A DNA stretch of 61,464 nucleotides from positions 1-61,464 of the forward strand of contig PWHG01000006.1 of NCBI GenBank assembly GCA_003554785.1, in the 5' to 3' direction. The notes beneath the pieces were generated by a model, which was given only the letters and a program-made list of their open reading frames with translations, ran no database searches and had not been told where the DNA came from. Origin of the DNA: Candidatus Falkowbacteria bacterium. Lineage in GTDB: Bacteria; Patescibacteriota; Patescibacteriia; Patescibacteriales; UBA12465. The position numbers were made by a program, and so were the translations under genes. This document shows positions 27,998 to 37,815 of the stretch, piece by piece (position 1 is the stretch's first letter; each line of letters starts with the position of its first letter).

Positions 27998-30625
27998 TTA
28001 AACAATTTTCATTTCTACTTTATCTTTTTGGTTTAAGTTAATATTTATCTTTTGACCATCTTTAATTTTACCTTCAATTATCTTATAAGCTAGTTCATCT
28101 AAAATTGCGTTTTGAATCATTCTTTTAAGCGGTCTAGCACCATAGGTGACATCATATCCTTTTTTAGCTAACATTTTTTTAACCTTTTCACCAATTTTTA
28201 AACTGATGTTTTTAGTTTGCAAGCGTTTTTCAACTTTATCTAATTCTAAATCAACAATTTTCTCCAGTACTTGTGGAGTCAAACTCTTAAAGAGAACAAT
28301 TTCATCAATGCGGTTGATAAATTCTAATTTAAAATGTTGTTTTAGAATTTTTTCTATTTTATCTCGCATTTCTTTGTCTTTAGTTTCCGCTAAACTGGCT
28401 TCGCCTGAGAAACCAATTGAATATTGTTTGATAATTTCGTTGCCTAAGTTAGAGGTCATGATAATTATTGTGTTTTTAAAGTTAACCACTCTTCCTTTGG
28501 AGTCAGTTAATCTACCATCTTCAAGGATTTGTAGTAACATATTAAACATGTCTGGATGAGCTTTTTCAATTTCATCAAATAATAATACACTATATGGATG
28601 TCTTCTTACTTTCTCAGTTAATTGTCCACCTTCATCATGGCCAACATAACCCGGAGGGGAACCAATTAATTTAGCAATGGAATGTTTTTCCATGTATTCA
28701 CTCATGTCCATGCGAATTAAAGCGTTTTCATTGTTAAACATGAAGTTAGTTAAGGCTTTGGCTAATTCGGTTTTACCAACACCGGTTGGTCCGACAAAAA
28801 GAAATGATCCAATTGGTCGGTTTTCTTCATTGATACCAGCTCGTGATCTTCTTAAAGCATTAGAGACAGATTCAATAGCTTTATTTTGACCAATCACTCT
28901 TTTTTGTAAATATTTTTCTGCTTGTGAGAGCTTTTTTATCTCATCAGCTAACATTTTGTTAACGGGAATATTAGACCAACGGGAGACAACTTTAGCAATA
29001 TCTTCTTCATCAATTTCTTCCTTTAGTATGTGTTGACCCTTTTTTTGAATTTTTGTTAATTCACTTTGCAGTTCTTTAATCTTTTTTTCTAATTTTGGTA
29101 TCAGGTCATATCTAATTTGAGCTACTTCAGTTAAGTCAGTTCCTTGTCTTTGGGTGATTTCTGCTTTTACCTTTAAATCATCAATTTCTTTTTTATGATC
29201 TCTGATTTTAGAGATAATTTCTTTTTCATTGTTCCAATGTAGTTCTAATTGATTGGCCTTTTCTTTAGCTACGGCCAATTCCTGGTTAATTGATTTTAGT
29301 TTAGTTGATTTTTTATTACTAGATAATATAGCCGCTTTGTTAATTTCTAATTGTTTTATCTTTCTCTTTAGCTGATCAAGCTCATCTGGCATTGAATCAA
29401 TTTCCATGCGCAAAGATGAGGTGGCTTCATCAATTAAATCAACTGCTTTATCTGGTAAGAAGCGATCATAAATATAGCGGTTAGATAATTTAGTAGCGGC
29501 GATTATGGCATCGTCAGTAATTCGTACCCCGTGGTGAACTTCATATTTTTCTTTTAAACCCCGTAGCATGTTAGTAGTATCTTCAATACTAGGCTCCTCA
29601 ATTGTAACTGGTTGAAAGCGTCTCTCCAGAGCGGCATCTTTTTCAATATATTTTTGATATTCTTTAGTGGTAGTAGCACCAATTGTTCTAAGCTCACCTC
29701 TGGCTAGAGCTGGCTTTAACATATTGGAAGCATCCATTGAGCCTTCAGAAGCACCGGTACCAATTAAAGTGTGAAGCTCGTCGATAAATAAGATAATTTT
29801 ACCTTCACGGCCTTGAACTTCTTTTAATACGGCCTTTAAGCGATCTTCAAATTCACCTCTAAATTTAGCCCCAGCTACCAGTGAGCCAAGGTCTAAAGTA
29901 ATGATTTCTTTGTTTTTTAAATTTTCTGGCACATCACCACTGACCATTCTTTGCGCTAAACCTTCTACAATAGCGGTTTTACCAGTTCCGGCTTCACCAA
30001 TTAATACTGGATTGTTTTTAGTGCGACGAAGAAGAACTTGCATTAGTCGTCTAATTTCTGTATCGCGACCAATTACAGGATCAAGTTTTTCCTTTTTAGC
30101 TAAGTCAGTTAAATTATGAGTATATTTTTCCAATACTTTAAATTTTGTTTCCGGGAAGGGGTCAGTGATTTTAGAATTACCTCTTAATTCTTTTAATATT
30201 TCTTTAACTGTTTCGTATTCAACTTTAAAGTTAAATAAAGTCGCTTGAGCCGGGGAATTAACACCAATTAGAGCTAGAAAGATATGCTCAGTAGAGATAA
30301 ATTCATCGCTCATGCCATCAGCTTCTTTTTTGGCTCTTTCAAGTACCATAGCTGTGTCACTGCTTCCAGAGACTGATTGCATAGGGCCTTGTTGGCTAGC
30401 AACTTTTTTTCTTGGTAATTTTTGGATTTCCTCTATTGTGTAACTTTCCACCATTTCTGGATCAATTTTTAACTTTTCCAGTACAGGTTTAACCAAACCC
30501 TCGTTTTGTTGGGTTAGAGATAAAAGCAGATGATTGGCTTCAATTGTACTTTGACCATAGCTGGAAGCGATCATTTGTGCGTTTATAATTGCTTCTTGAG
30601 ATTTGTCTGTGAATTTATTAAACAT
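27998..30625 (-). CDS. clpB: Chaperone/disaggregase ClpB
   Basis: 875 aa. Clp_N repeats, Walker [10 protein letters not shown] and GPTGVGKTE, Walker B ILFIDELH and [10 protein letters not shown], and a long coiled-coil M-domain between the modules. Confidence 0.95.
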   Translation of the reverse strand: MFNKFTDKSQEAIINAQMIASSYGQSTIEANHLLLSLTQQNEGLVKPVLEKLKIDPEMVESYTIEEIQKLPRKKVASQQGPMQSVSGSSDTAMVLERAKKEADGMSDEFISTEHIFLALIGVNSPAQATLFNFKVEYETVKEILKELRGNSKITDPFPETKFKVLEKYTHNLTDLAKKEKLDPVIGRDTEIRRLMQVLLRRTKNNPVLIGEAGTGKTAIVEGLAQRMVSGDVPENLKNKEIITLDLGSLVAGAKFRGEFEDRLKAVLKEVQGREGKIILFIDELHTLIGTGASEGSMDASNMLKPALARGELRTIGATTTKEYQKYIEKDAALERRFQPVTIEEPSIEDTTNMLRGLKEKYEVHHGVRITDDAIIAATKLSNRYIYDRFLPDKAVDLIDEATSSLRMEIDSMPDELDQLKRKIKQLEINKAAILSSNKKSTKLKSINQELAVAKEKANQLELHWNNEKEIISKIRDHKKEIDDLKVKAEITQRQGTDLTEVAQIRYDLIPKLEKKIKELQSELTKIQKKGQHILKEEIDEEDIAKVVSRWSNIPVNKMLADEIKKLSQAEKYLQKRVIGQNKAIESVSNALRRSRAGINEENRPIGSFLFVGPTGVGKTELAKALTNFMFNNENALIRMDMSEYMEKHSIAKLIGSPPGYVGHDEGGQLTEKVRRHPYSVLLFDEIEKAHPDMFNMLLQILEDGRLTDSKGRVVNFKNTIIIMTSNLGNEIIKQYSIGFSGEASLAETKDKEMRDKIEKILKQHFKLEFINRIDEIVLFKSLTPQVLEKIVDLELDKVEKRLQTKNISLKIGEKVKKMLAKKGYDVTYGARPLKRMIQNAILDELAYKIIEGKIKDGQKININLNQKDKVEMKIV

Positions 30626-30654
30626 ATATATTTGAATTAATTTTTAAAATAATT

Positions 30655-30681
30655 TTAGCAGTCTTTAGTTTAGAGTGCTAA
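30655..30681 (-). promoter_or_regulatory. CIRCE element (HrcA operator) in the clpB leader
   Basis: TTAGCAGTC-N9-GAGTGCTAA versus consensus TTAGCACTC-N9-GAGTGCTAA (one mismatch). Lies 30 nt upstream of the clpB ATG. Confidence 0.8.
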
Positions 30682-30685
30682 AATA

Positions 30686-30714
30686 ATAATAATACAGCTC
30701 AGTGGCTTTGTCAA
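30686..30714 (-). promoter_or_regulatory. Sigma70-type promoter of clpB (TTGACA-17-TATTAT)
   Basis: Minus strand: -35 at 30709-30714 and -10 at 30686-30691. The predicted transcription start falls in the right arm of CIRCE. Confidence 0.65.
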
Positions 30715-30763
30715 CACTTCTATTTCTTTTTTTTCCTCTGTGATTATGTTATACTAAATTTAT

Positions 30764-31129
30764 ATGAAGAGTATAAAAACAACTAGCTCCAGTGTGTCTT
30801 TGATTGTTGGTACTTTAGGTATGATATTATATTTTCCAGTTTGGTGGTATAGCTTGGGATTTTTTCGTTTTGTTAAACGAATTTTTTATTTTTGGCGAGA
30901 ACAAGCTTATTTATTAGCGGTTTTAGTGTGGATAAAAAATATCTTTGTGCCGATGTATGGACAAGGGGATTTTGTTGGTCGTTTGATAAGTTTTTTAGTT
31001 CGTTTTGTGCAAATTATTGTTCGTACTATTATTTTATTTTTCTGGTTAGTTATGTGTTTAGTTTTAATAGCTTTTTGGTTAGTACTGCCGATTTTAATTA
31101 TATTAGCTACAATTATTCAGCTTTCCTAA
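30764..31129 (+). CDS. Small polytopic membrane protein (121 aa), first gene of the operon with the Hsp100 paralog
   Basis: Three to four hydrophobic helices. Separated from the next ORF by 3 nt. Confidence 0.6.
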   Translation: MKSIKTTSSSVSLIVGTLGMILYFPVWWYSLGFFRFVKRIFYFWREQAYLLAVLVWIKNIFVPMYGQGDFVGRLISFLVRFVQIIVRTIILFFWLVMCLVLIAFWLVLPILIILATIIQLS

Positions 31130-31132
31130 ATT

Positions 31133-33805
31133 ATGAGAAGAGAAGATATACAATTTTATGAAAATGAGAAAAATCAATTGGGTATTAATTGGCGCCAATG
31201 GTTTCTTTATTTTCAATTAAATTTTAATCGTTCCTATATTCTTCTATGTAGAGCTAGAAGGTATTGGGATAAAATAATTAAGATAATTGCTTTAATACTG
31301 GCTATTTCTGGATGGCTTTCTTTGTTTTTTTGGATTTTTCTATATCACCAAGAAATAATCAGTGACTTGTTTAATTATTTATTATTTTGGGAACATTCTC
31401 ATCCTTTAATTTTAGTATTTTTATTGTCACTTTGGTTTGATTTATTTTATTTTTACCGACAACAGCAAGATAAAATGAAAACTAAAAAGTTTAATTATAG
31501 AAAGTTTAAAAAAGAAGATATTGGTGAAAAAGCCATTAATTATAATGTAGCTAAAACTTTTAGTATTAACAGTATAAAGGTATTTGAAGATGCTTATTTT
31601 TTAGCCAATCGTTTAAAGCAAAATGAAGTAAAATTGATTCACTTTTTTCGGGTTCTTTTAAAAGATAAAGAAATTAAAAAAGCTTTTATTCGCCTAGGAG
31701 TTAGTGCCTCTGAATTAGTGGAAAAAATTGATCGTCATTTAATATTTAATGATCCAGAAGAGTTCAGTGGAAAAACAATTTGGTCTAGTGAAGTTTCTAA
31801 ACTTGCAGTTTTATCTTTTATTGACGCGGCAAAAAGAAGGAAGAACTCAGTTGAGCCCATGAATATATTGGCATATTGTTATATGCCAGATACTGTCTTG
31901 TCTGAGATATTTCACGACCTAAAGATTGGTGAGGATAAATTAAAAAATGTAGTTTCCTGGCTTTTTACTGACAAAATGATCTATAAGAGATATAAATCTT
32001 GGCGACATTTGTCTTCATTTAAACCTTCAGGTGGCATGAACCGAGCCTATACTGCAATTGCTACTCCAACTCTTGATCATTTTTCCCATGACTTAACACT
32101 AGCGGCTAAATATAATCGATTAGAGTTTTGCATTGATAGGTCAGAAGAAATTGAAAGTATTTTTGAGTTTATGTCATCTAACAAAACCGGAGTTTTGCTG
32201 GTTGGTGAAACCGGGGTTGGTAAAAAAACTATTATCGATGGGATAGCTCAGTTAATGGTAAGTGAAGAGGTGCCTAAATTTTTACAAGATAAAAGATTGG
32301 TGGAAATTGATGTTTCTCGTTTAGTCTCAGGCGCTAGTGCAAGTATTGCTCAAGAAAGATTGCTTCGTTGTATTTCTGAGGCCAATCGAGCTGGCAATAT
32401 TGTTTTATATATTTCCAATGTAGAAAATATTGTAGGAATTAGTGCTGGTCAAGAGCAAAGTCTGGATTTATCTGAAGTTTTAGCTGAGTCTATTTCTCGC
32501 CGACAAGTATATTGTCTAGCTAGTGTCAGCAGTGATAATTATTCTCGCTATATTGAAGGTAGAGCACTGGGTCAGACAATGTCTATGCTTTCTGTTAGTG
32601 AACCAGACTTTAATCAAAGTGCGCAAATTCTTCAAAGCAAGGTGCCATTTATTGAATCTCGTTATGGGGTATTTTTTTCCTATAGTGCAATTGAAAAGTC
32701 AGTTAATTTATCAACTAAGTATATACATGATAAATTTCTACCAGCTAAAGCTATTGAGCTTTTAAGACAAGCAGCTTCAATTTCAGCTAAGGCAGCTAAA
32801 GTTGATCGCAGTCGAGCTTTGTGTGGTTCTGAGTCAGTAGCGCTAGCAATTTCTGACTTAACTGGAGTGCCAGCACAAAAGATAACTGAAGATGAAAGTG
32901 AGAAATTACTTAATTTAGAAGATAAAATACATGAGCGTATGGTCGGTCAAGAAGAAGCCGTAAAGGCGGTTTCGGCTAGTTTAAGACGAGCTCGCGTGTC
33001 AATTAAAGATAGTAAAAAACCCATTGCTAGTTTTCTTTTTCTAGGACCAACTGGTGTTGGTAAAACTGAATTAGCTAAAACTGTTTCTGATATATACTTT
33101 AGCGGTGAAGAGTATATGATTAGAATTGATATGAGTGAATATCAAAGACCAGATAGTGTAAAAAAAATGATTGGTGATGTTGACGGTACTTTAGGGTATT
33201 TGACTGAAAATGTTCGCAAAAAACCTTTTTCTTTAATTCTTTTTGACGAAATTGAAAAAGCTCATCCCGATATTTTAAATTTATTTCTACAAATGTTAGA
33301 TGATGGACGCCTAACTGATGGTCAAGGCAGAACTATCAATTTTTCTGAATCAATTATAATTGCTACTTCCAATATTGGCGCTACCTATATTCAAAAAGAA
33401 ATTAAAAAGCAAACCAATATAGAAATTGTTAAACAGGAGTTGATCGACAATCGATTACATAAATACATGCGACCAGAGTTAATTAATCGTTTTGATGGTA
33501 TTGTGGTCTTTACACCACTGAGTGAAAGTCAAATTTTTGAGATTACTACCTTAATGTTAAAAGATATTAAAAAGAATTTAGGACAAAAAGGCATTGAAAT
33601 GCAAGCTGACAGAGATGGAGTTTTAATTTTATCCCAAGCTGGCTATGATCCAAAATTTGGTGCCAGGCCACTGAGAAGATTACTTCAAGAAAGAGTTGAG
33701 GATGTAGTGGCTAATAAATTATTGACCAATGAACTAAAACGGCGTGATACAGTTTTAATTAACCCTCAAGCAGAGATAGAAATTATCAAGGCAGAAAAAC
33801 TATAA
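31133..33805 (+). CDS. Membrane-anchored Clp/Hsp100-family AAA+ protein with a degenerate first nucleotide-binding module
   Basis: N-terminal TM helices, two Clp_N repeats. NBD1 reads GETGVGKKT / LYISNVEN. NBD2 reads GPTGVGKTE / [12 protein letters not shown]-terminal GARPLRR. Confidence 0.8.
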   Translation: MRREDIQFYENEKNQLGINWRQWFLYFQLNFNRSYILLCRARRYWDKIIKIIALILAISGWLSLFFWIFLYHQEIISDLFNYLLFWEHSHPLILVFLLSLWFDLFYFYRQQQDKMKTKKFNYRKFKKEDIGEKAINYNVAKTFSINSIKVFEDAYFLANRLKQNEVKLIHFFRVLLKDKEIKKAFIRLGVSASELVEKIDRHLIFNDPEEFSGKTIWSSEVSKLAVLSFIDAAKRRKNSVEPMNILAYCYMPDTVLSEIFHDLKIGEDKLKNVVSWLFTDKMIYKRYKSWRHLSSFKPSGGMNRAYTAIATPTLDHFSHDLTLAAKYNRLEFCIDRSEEIESIFEFMSSNKTGVLLVGETGVGKKTIIDGIAQLMVSEEVPKFLQDKRLVEIDVSRLVSGASASIAQERLLRCISEANRAGNIVLYISNVENIVGISAGQEQSLDLSEVLAESISRRQVYCLASVSSDNYSRYIEGRALGQTMSMLSVSEPDFNQSAQILQSKVPFIESRYGVFFSYSAIEKSVNLSTKYIHDKFLPAKAIELLRQAASISAKAAKVDRSRALCGSESVALAISDLTGVPAQKITEDESEKLLNLEDKIHERMVGQEEAVKAVSASLRRARVSIKDSKKPIASFLFLGPTGVGKTELAKTVSDIYFSGEEYMIRIDMSEYQRPDSVKKMIGDVDGTLGYLTENVRKKPFSLILFDEIEKAHPDILNLFLQMLDDGRLTDGQGRTINFSESIIIATSNIGATYIQKEIKKQTNIEIVKQELIDNRLHKYMRPELINRFDGIVVFTPLSESQIFEITTLMLKDIKKNLGQKGIEMQADRDGVLILSQAGYDPKFGARPLRRLLQERVEDVVANKLLTNELKRRDTVLINPQAEIEIIKAEKL

Positions 33806-33836
33806 AAAAAAGACCCAAATTTTGGGTCTAAGGTTT
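33806..33836. terminator. Bidirectional terminator between convergent genes
   Basis: AGACCCAAA/TTTGGGTCT hairpin flanked by an A7 run and a T-rich tail. Overlaps the stop codon of the minus-strand ORF. Confidence 0.7.
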
Positions 33837-34208
33837 TTGTCTTCCTCTTCTTTTTCTTTCATTAAATCGCTTTTTATTTTTTAGTGGTATCTCAATTTCT
33901 TCCAGGCACTGAATTTCAGAATCTCTTTTATTAATAGCTTCATTGAGATCATTTTTTAAAAAAGATAATTGTAAATTTAAATTACCATTTCCATTTTGTT
34001 TAGTTAAATCTTCTTCAACCTCAGCAATTTTTTCTTCAATTTTTCTGACTCTATTGAAGTTTTTTGAAATCACCTCTCTTTTTTTGATTTTAACTACATG
34101 CAGGAAATTGCCGACCTCTTGGGGTTTAAGAGTATCAATAAATTCCTTTAACTCACCATTTCGGTGAAATTCAATTAACTCATTCATTTTTTTGTTTAGT
34201 TTCTTCAT
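33828..34208 (-). CDS. Hypothetical coiled-coil protein with a basic C-terminus
   Basis: 126-aa ORF rich in heptad-like Lys/Glu sequence. No family recognised. Confidence 0.45.
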   Translation of the reverse strand: MKKLNKKMNELIEFHRNGELKEFIDTLKPQEVGNFLHVVKIKKREVISKNFNRVRKIEEKIAEVEEDLTKQNGNGNLNLQLSFLKNDLNEAINKRDSEIQCLEEIEIPLKNKKRFNERKRRGRQKP

Positions 34209-34282
34209 TTGCCTCCGTTTTTTTTATTTTTATGTTATAATGAACTTGTTTAATAATAATAATTTAATTTAGTTTTGTCAAG

Positions 34283-35851
34283 ATGCCTAGTATTTATCAT
34301 TTAATTTTATATTTTGCTATTTCTTTTAGTTTATCGCTTGCCATAAGCTACTTTTGGCGTAAATTAGCCTTTTCTTGGCGCTTACTTGATTATCCGGGAA
34401 AAAGAAAAATTCATAAAAAACCAATCCCCTTGGCTGGTGGCTGGGCGATTTTTTTAGCCTTCTTTTTTACCTTAACTCTAGTTCATAATTTACTTATTAG
34501 TGGTGATTTAAACTATAATCATTGGTTGGGCTTTTTAGGAGGAGCTTTAATTATTATGATTGGTGGCACCTTAGATGACTTTTTTAATTTAAAAGCTAAA
34601 TGGCAAATTGTTTTTCCACTTCTGGCAATTGTTTTGCTTTTGCTAGGTGGAGTGGAAATTTCTCATTTAAGCAGTCCTTTTGGTGGGATAATAAGTCTTG
34701 AAAATTTAGCTTTTTTAAGTGTAATTTTAATATTTTTTTGGCTTTTGGGTATGATGTATACTACTAAATTACTTGATGGGGTCGATGGATTAGTCACTGG
34801 TTTAGGCGCAATTGGGGCTTTTATAATTTTTCTCTTTACTTCTCTGACTGCTTATTTTCAACCAGACATAGCTGTGGCTGCTCTTATTTTTAGTGCTGCT
34901 TGTTTAGCATTTTTAATATTTAATTTCTCGCCAGCCTCAATTTTTCTTGGAGAGGGTGGATCGCTTTTAATTGGTTATGTTTTAGGAGTTTTAGCTATTA
35001 TCTCTGGTGCTAAAATTGCGATCGCGCTTTTAATTATCGGTATTCCAGCTTTAGATGTAGCTTGGACAATTATTCGTCGTTTAAGAATGGGAAAAAATCC
35101 ATTTAGTTTTTCTGACAGAAAACATCTTCATCATAGGTTTTTAGATGTGGGCTTGAGTCAAAAACAAACCGCTCTTTTTTATTATTTTCTCGCCCTCTTT
35201 TTTGGTACAACTGGTTTATTTCTACAAAGCCAAGGAAAGTTAATTGCTCTTTTATTTTTGTTTTTACTAATGATTATGATAGTTTTTTATTTACAGTTTA
35301 AAAGCCGAAAAAGACTTAAAAGTTTACTGCTACATATTTGCTGTGCACCTTGTGCTACTTATTTTAGTGTAAATGAACTGAAAAAATCATATAATTTAAC
35401 TTGGTATTTTTATAATCCTAATTTAGTCTCTAAAGATGAGTATGATAAACGCTTAGAAGCAGTAAAAGAGGCATCAAAAAAATATAAGATTAAATTAATT
35501 GTTGAAGATTATAATCCAAAAAAGTGGCATGAAAAAATCAAAGGAAGAGAAGATGACAGAGAAGGTGGAGCCCGTTGCTATATTTGTTTTCAAGATCGAA
35601 TTTTTAAAACCGCTCAACTGGCTAAAAAACATAATTTTTCTTATTTTGCCACTAGCTTGGTGATTAGTCCTTTCAAGAATAAAAAAATGATTAAAGAAAT
35701 TGCTAGAGCGGAAGAGAAAAAATATGGTGTAAGTTTTTTAGATCTAAATTGGCGAAAGGATAATAATTTTAAAAAATCACTTGATTTGGCTAAAAAAAAT
35801 TCATGGTATCGGCAAAATTTTTGTGGATGCTATTTTAGTCAAAGAAAATAG
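34283..35851 (+). CDS. Fusion protein: polyprenyl-phosphate sugar-1-phosphate transferase (MraY/WecA family) plus C-terminal QueH/DUF208 (epoxyqueuosine reductase-like) domain
   Basis: N-terminal part: about 10 TM helices, LLDGVDGL, FLGEGGSLLIGY. C-terminal part from about residue 347: LLLHICCAPC, YFYNPN, GGARCYICF, TSLVISPFKN, WYRQNFCGC. Confidence 0.8.
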   Translation: MPSIYHLILYFAISFSLSLAISYFWRKLAFSWRLLDYPGKRKIHKKPIPLAGGWAIFLAFFFTLTLVHNLLISGDLNYNHWLGFLGGALIIMIGGTLDDFFNLKAKWQIVFPLLAIVLLLLGGVEISHLSSPFGGIISLENLAFLSVILIFFWLLGMMYTTKLLDGVDGLVTGLGAIGAFIIFLFTSLTAYFQPDIAVAALIFSAACLAFLIFNFSPASIFLGEGGSLLIGYVLGVLAIISGAKIAIALLIIGIPALDVAWTIIRRLRMGKNPFSFSDRKHLHHRFLDVGLSQKQTALFYYFLALFFGTTGLFLQSQGKLIALLFLFLLMIMIVFYLQFKSRKRLKSLLLHICCAPCATYFSVNELKKSYNLTWYFYNPNLVSKDEYDKRLEAVKEASKKYKIKLIVEDYNPKKWHEKIKGREDDREGGARCYICFQDRIFKTAQLAKKHNFSYFATSLVISPFKNKKMIKEIARAEEKKYGVSFLDLNWRKDNNFKKSLDLAKKNSWYRQNFCGCYFSQRK

Positions 35852-35895
35852 TCTTGTTGTTTAAAATCTTATTTTAAGCTAAAATATAGATAAAT

Positions 35896-36699
35896 ATGAA
35901 TTTAAAAAATATTAAAACAGTTGTTTGGCTACCAACCTTAGCGTTTTGGTTGTCTTTTCAAGTTTTAAGCTGGCAAGCTTCTTGGCTTTGGTGGACGCTT
36001 TTGGTGCTTTTAATTATTAATTTAATTAATTTAAAGTTTTTACCAGGTATTAATCGACCTCTTTGGCCTCGGCTTCTTTTAGCCGCGGTGCCGACTCTTT
36101 TTTCACTGGGGTCATTAATTTATGTTTCACTTTTAGCGGAAACTTTTTCTTTGCAATTTTTAGTTTTTATAGCCGCTTTAATTATTTACCAGTATTGGCG
36201 ATTGGCCTATAAAAGATTATCACCAAGACCGATAAAGCAAAAATTACTACAAGTATTTGGTGATAAAAGTGGTGAGTTGGTTTTTATTGGAGTTTCTTTA
36301 TATGTTAATTTTTTAGCCATGTTTCTTTTAGCTTCTTCCTTTTTAGCAGTTAAATTCTTTTTAGATTTACCATATTCACTGATGTTTAGTTTATTAGCGC
36401 TTGTGGTTTTAGTTTTAACTTTATCAGCCGCCGAGCTTAGTGGTATGTTTAATAAAAGTGATCAGCGTTATTTTTGGTTAGCGGCTTCTTTGGTAGTTTG
36501 GCAATTTGGGGTTACTTTATTTTTTCTACCTTTAAATTATTCTGTGTCAGGTTTTCTTTTAGCTCTAGCTTATTATGCAGTGATTAATTTATCCAGGTTT
36601 GCTCTTTCTGGTGAACTAAAGGGTAATCGTTTGCGGTGGTATATTGGGTTTCCACTTTTAGCCACCTTTTTATTATTATTTACAGCTCAATGGTTATAA
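35896..36699 (+). CDS. Polytopic membrane protein, unknown function
   Basis: 267 aa, about 8 hydrophobic helices. Confidence 0.55.
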   Translation: MNLKNIKTVVWLPTLAFWLSFQVLSWQASWLWWTLLVLLIINLINLKFLPGINRPLWPRLLLAAVPTLFSLGSLIYVSLLAETFSLQFLVFIAALIIYQYWRLAYKRLSPRPIKQKLLQVFGDKSGELVFIGVSLYVNFLAMFLLASSFLAVKFFLDLPYSLMFSLLALVVLVLTLSAAELSGMFNKSDQRYFWLAASLVVWQFGVTLFFLPLNYSVSGFLLALAYYAVINLSRFALSGELKGNRLRWYIGFPLLATFLLLFTAQWL

Positions 36700-36703
36700 A
36701 CTT

Positions 36704-37813
36704 ATGAAAAGTTATACTTTTATTACAATTTTGCTAGCAATATTTTTTGGAATTATGGCTGGACTGGCTGGACAAATTATTGGTCAATATTATTTTAGCC
36801 ATGATTTAGCGGGTTTTTCTCTGAGTAGGGAATTTGATCTCCTGGAAGGTAGATCTAATTTAATTATTCGTGACCCTAGAAAAGTAGTGGTTAGTAAAGA
36901 CGCTAAAATTGAGGAAACAAAGGAATTAATTGATAGAAGCTTTTTTAAATTATTTAACCTCAGCTCAGAAAGTGATGACTATATAGTGCTAGATGATTAC
37001 TCAGCTTTAGCCATGGCAGTTAGTAGTGATGGTTGGTTGATGGCTTTTCTGCCACCTCACTTAATTAATTATAGTCAGGATGAGATGTTAGATAATTTTA
37101 AAATTGTTAGCTCTGATCGACAAATTTACTCACCAACAGAACTACATTTATTTTCTAAAAATGATTTAAATATATTATTTCTAAAAATGAAAGATCTAGA
37201 CAACGTCAATGTTTTAGATGTTAGCAAGGGCTCACAATTACAATCAGCTCAAAGTTTGTTGACTTACAAAAGTGAAAATCAATTGTCTCTGGCTTCACTG
37301 ATTGATCTTGGATTTTCTGAGCATATATTTACAAGTGATAGTTTTAACCGGAATTTGTCAGTAAACACTCAAGATGATTTTTCTACTGATTCTTTTGTTT
37401 TTGACTTGTCTGGTGATTTTGTAGGTTTTCTAGATAGTCAAGGTGACTTTCATGACTCCTCTGCTATAGAGATGTATTGGCGTTCTTTTTTAAGAGATAA
37501 AGAGATAAAAGAGCCGTTTTTAGGAATTCATTACCTGAACTTATCTTATATTAAATTTTTAGAAAATAATTATAGTCGCGGTGCAATGATCTATGGCAAT
37601 CAAGAATTTCCTGCTTTTATAGAAGATAGTCCAGCAGCTGAAGCTGGTTTAATTGAAAGTGATGTTATAGTTGAGATAGATGGTTTGCCGCTTAATAAAG
37701 ATTTAGACTTGGCTGACTATATTTTAAGTTTAAATCCTGGTGATGAAATTTTGCTAGATTATTATCGCCAAGGAGAAAAGGATCAAGTTTCTATAATTTT
37801 ACAAGCTAAGTAA
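36704..37813 (+). CDS. Membrane-anchored PDZ-domain protein (HtrA-like architecture, catalytic triad not recognisable)
   Basis: N-terminal TM helix. C-terminal PDZ-like region GAMIY..IEDSPAAEAGLIESDVIVEIDG..L..PGDEILLDYYRQGE. No GNSGG or TNxHV motifs seen. Confidence 0.55.
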   Translation: MKSYTFITILLAIFFGIMAGLAGQIIGQYYFSHDLAGFSLSREFDLLEGRSNLIIRDPRKVVVSKDAKIEETKELIDRSFFKLFNLSSESDDYIVLDDYSALAMAVSSDGWLMAFLPPHLINYSQDEMLDNFKIVSSDRQIYSPTELHLFSKNDLNILFLKMKDLDNVNVLDVSKGSQLQSAQSLLTYKSENQLSLASLIDLGFSEHIFTSDSFNRNLSVNTQDDFSTDSFVFDLSGDFVGFLDSQGDFHDSSAIEMYWRSFLRDKEIKEPFLGIHYLNLSYIKFLENNYSRGAMIYGNQEFPAFIEDSPAAEAGLIESDVIVEIDGLPLNKDLDLADYILSLNPGDEILLDYYRQGEKDQVSIILQAK

Positions 37814-37815
37814 TT

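Noticed and set aside
36704-37813. Calling this gene an active HtrA/DegP serine protease
   Set aside because: The catalytic motifs are not visible. Only the PDZ domain and the overall architecture are supported.
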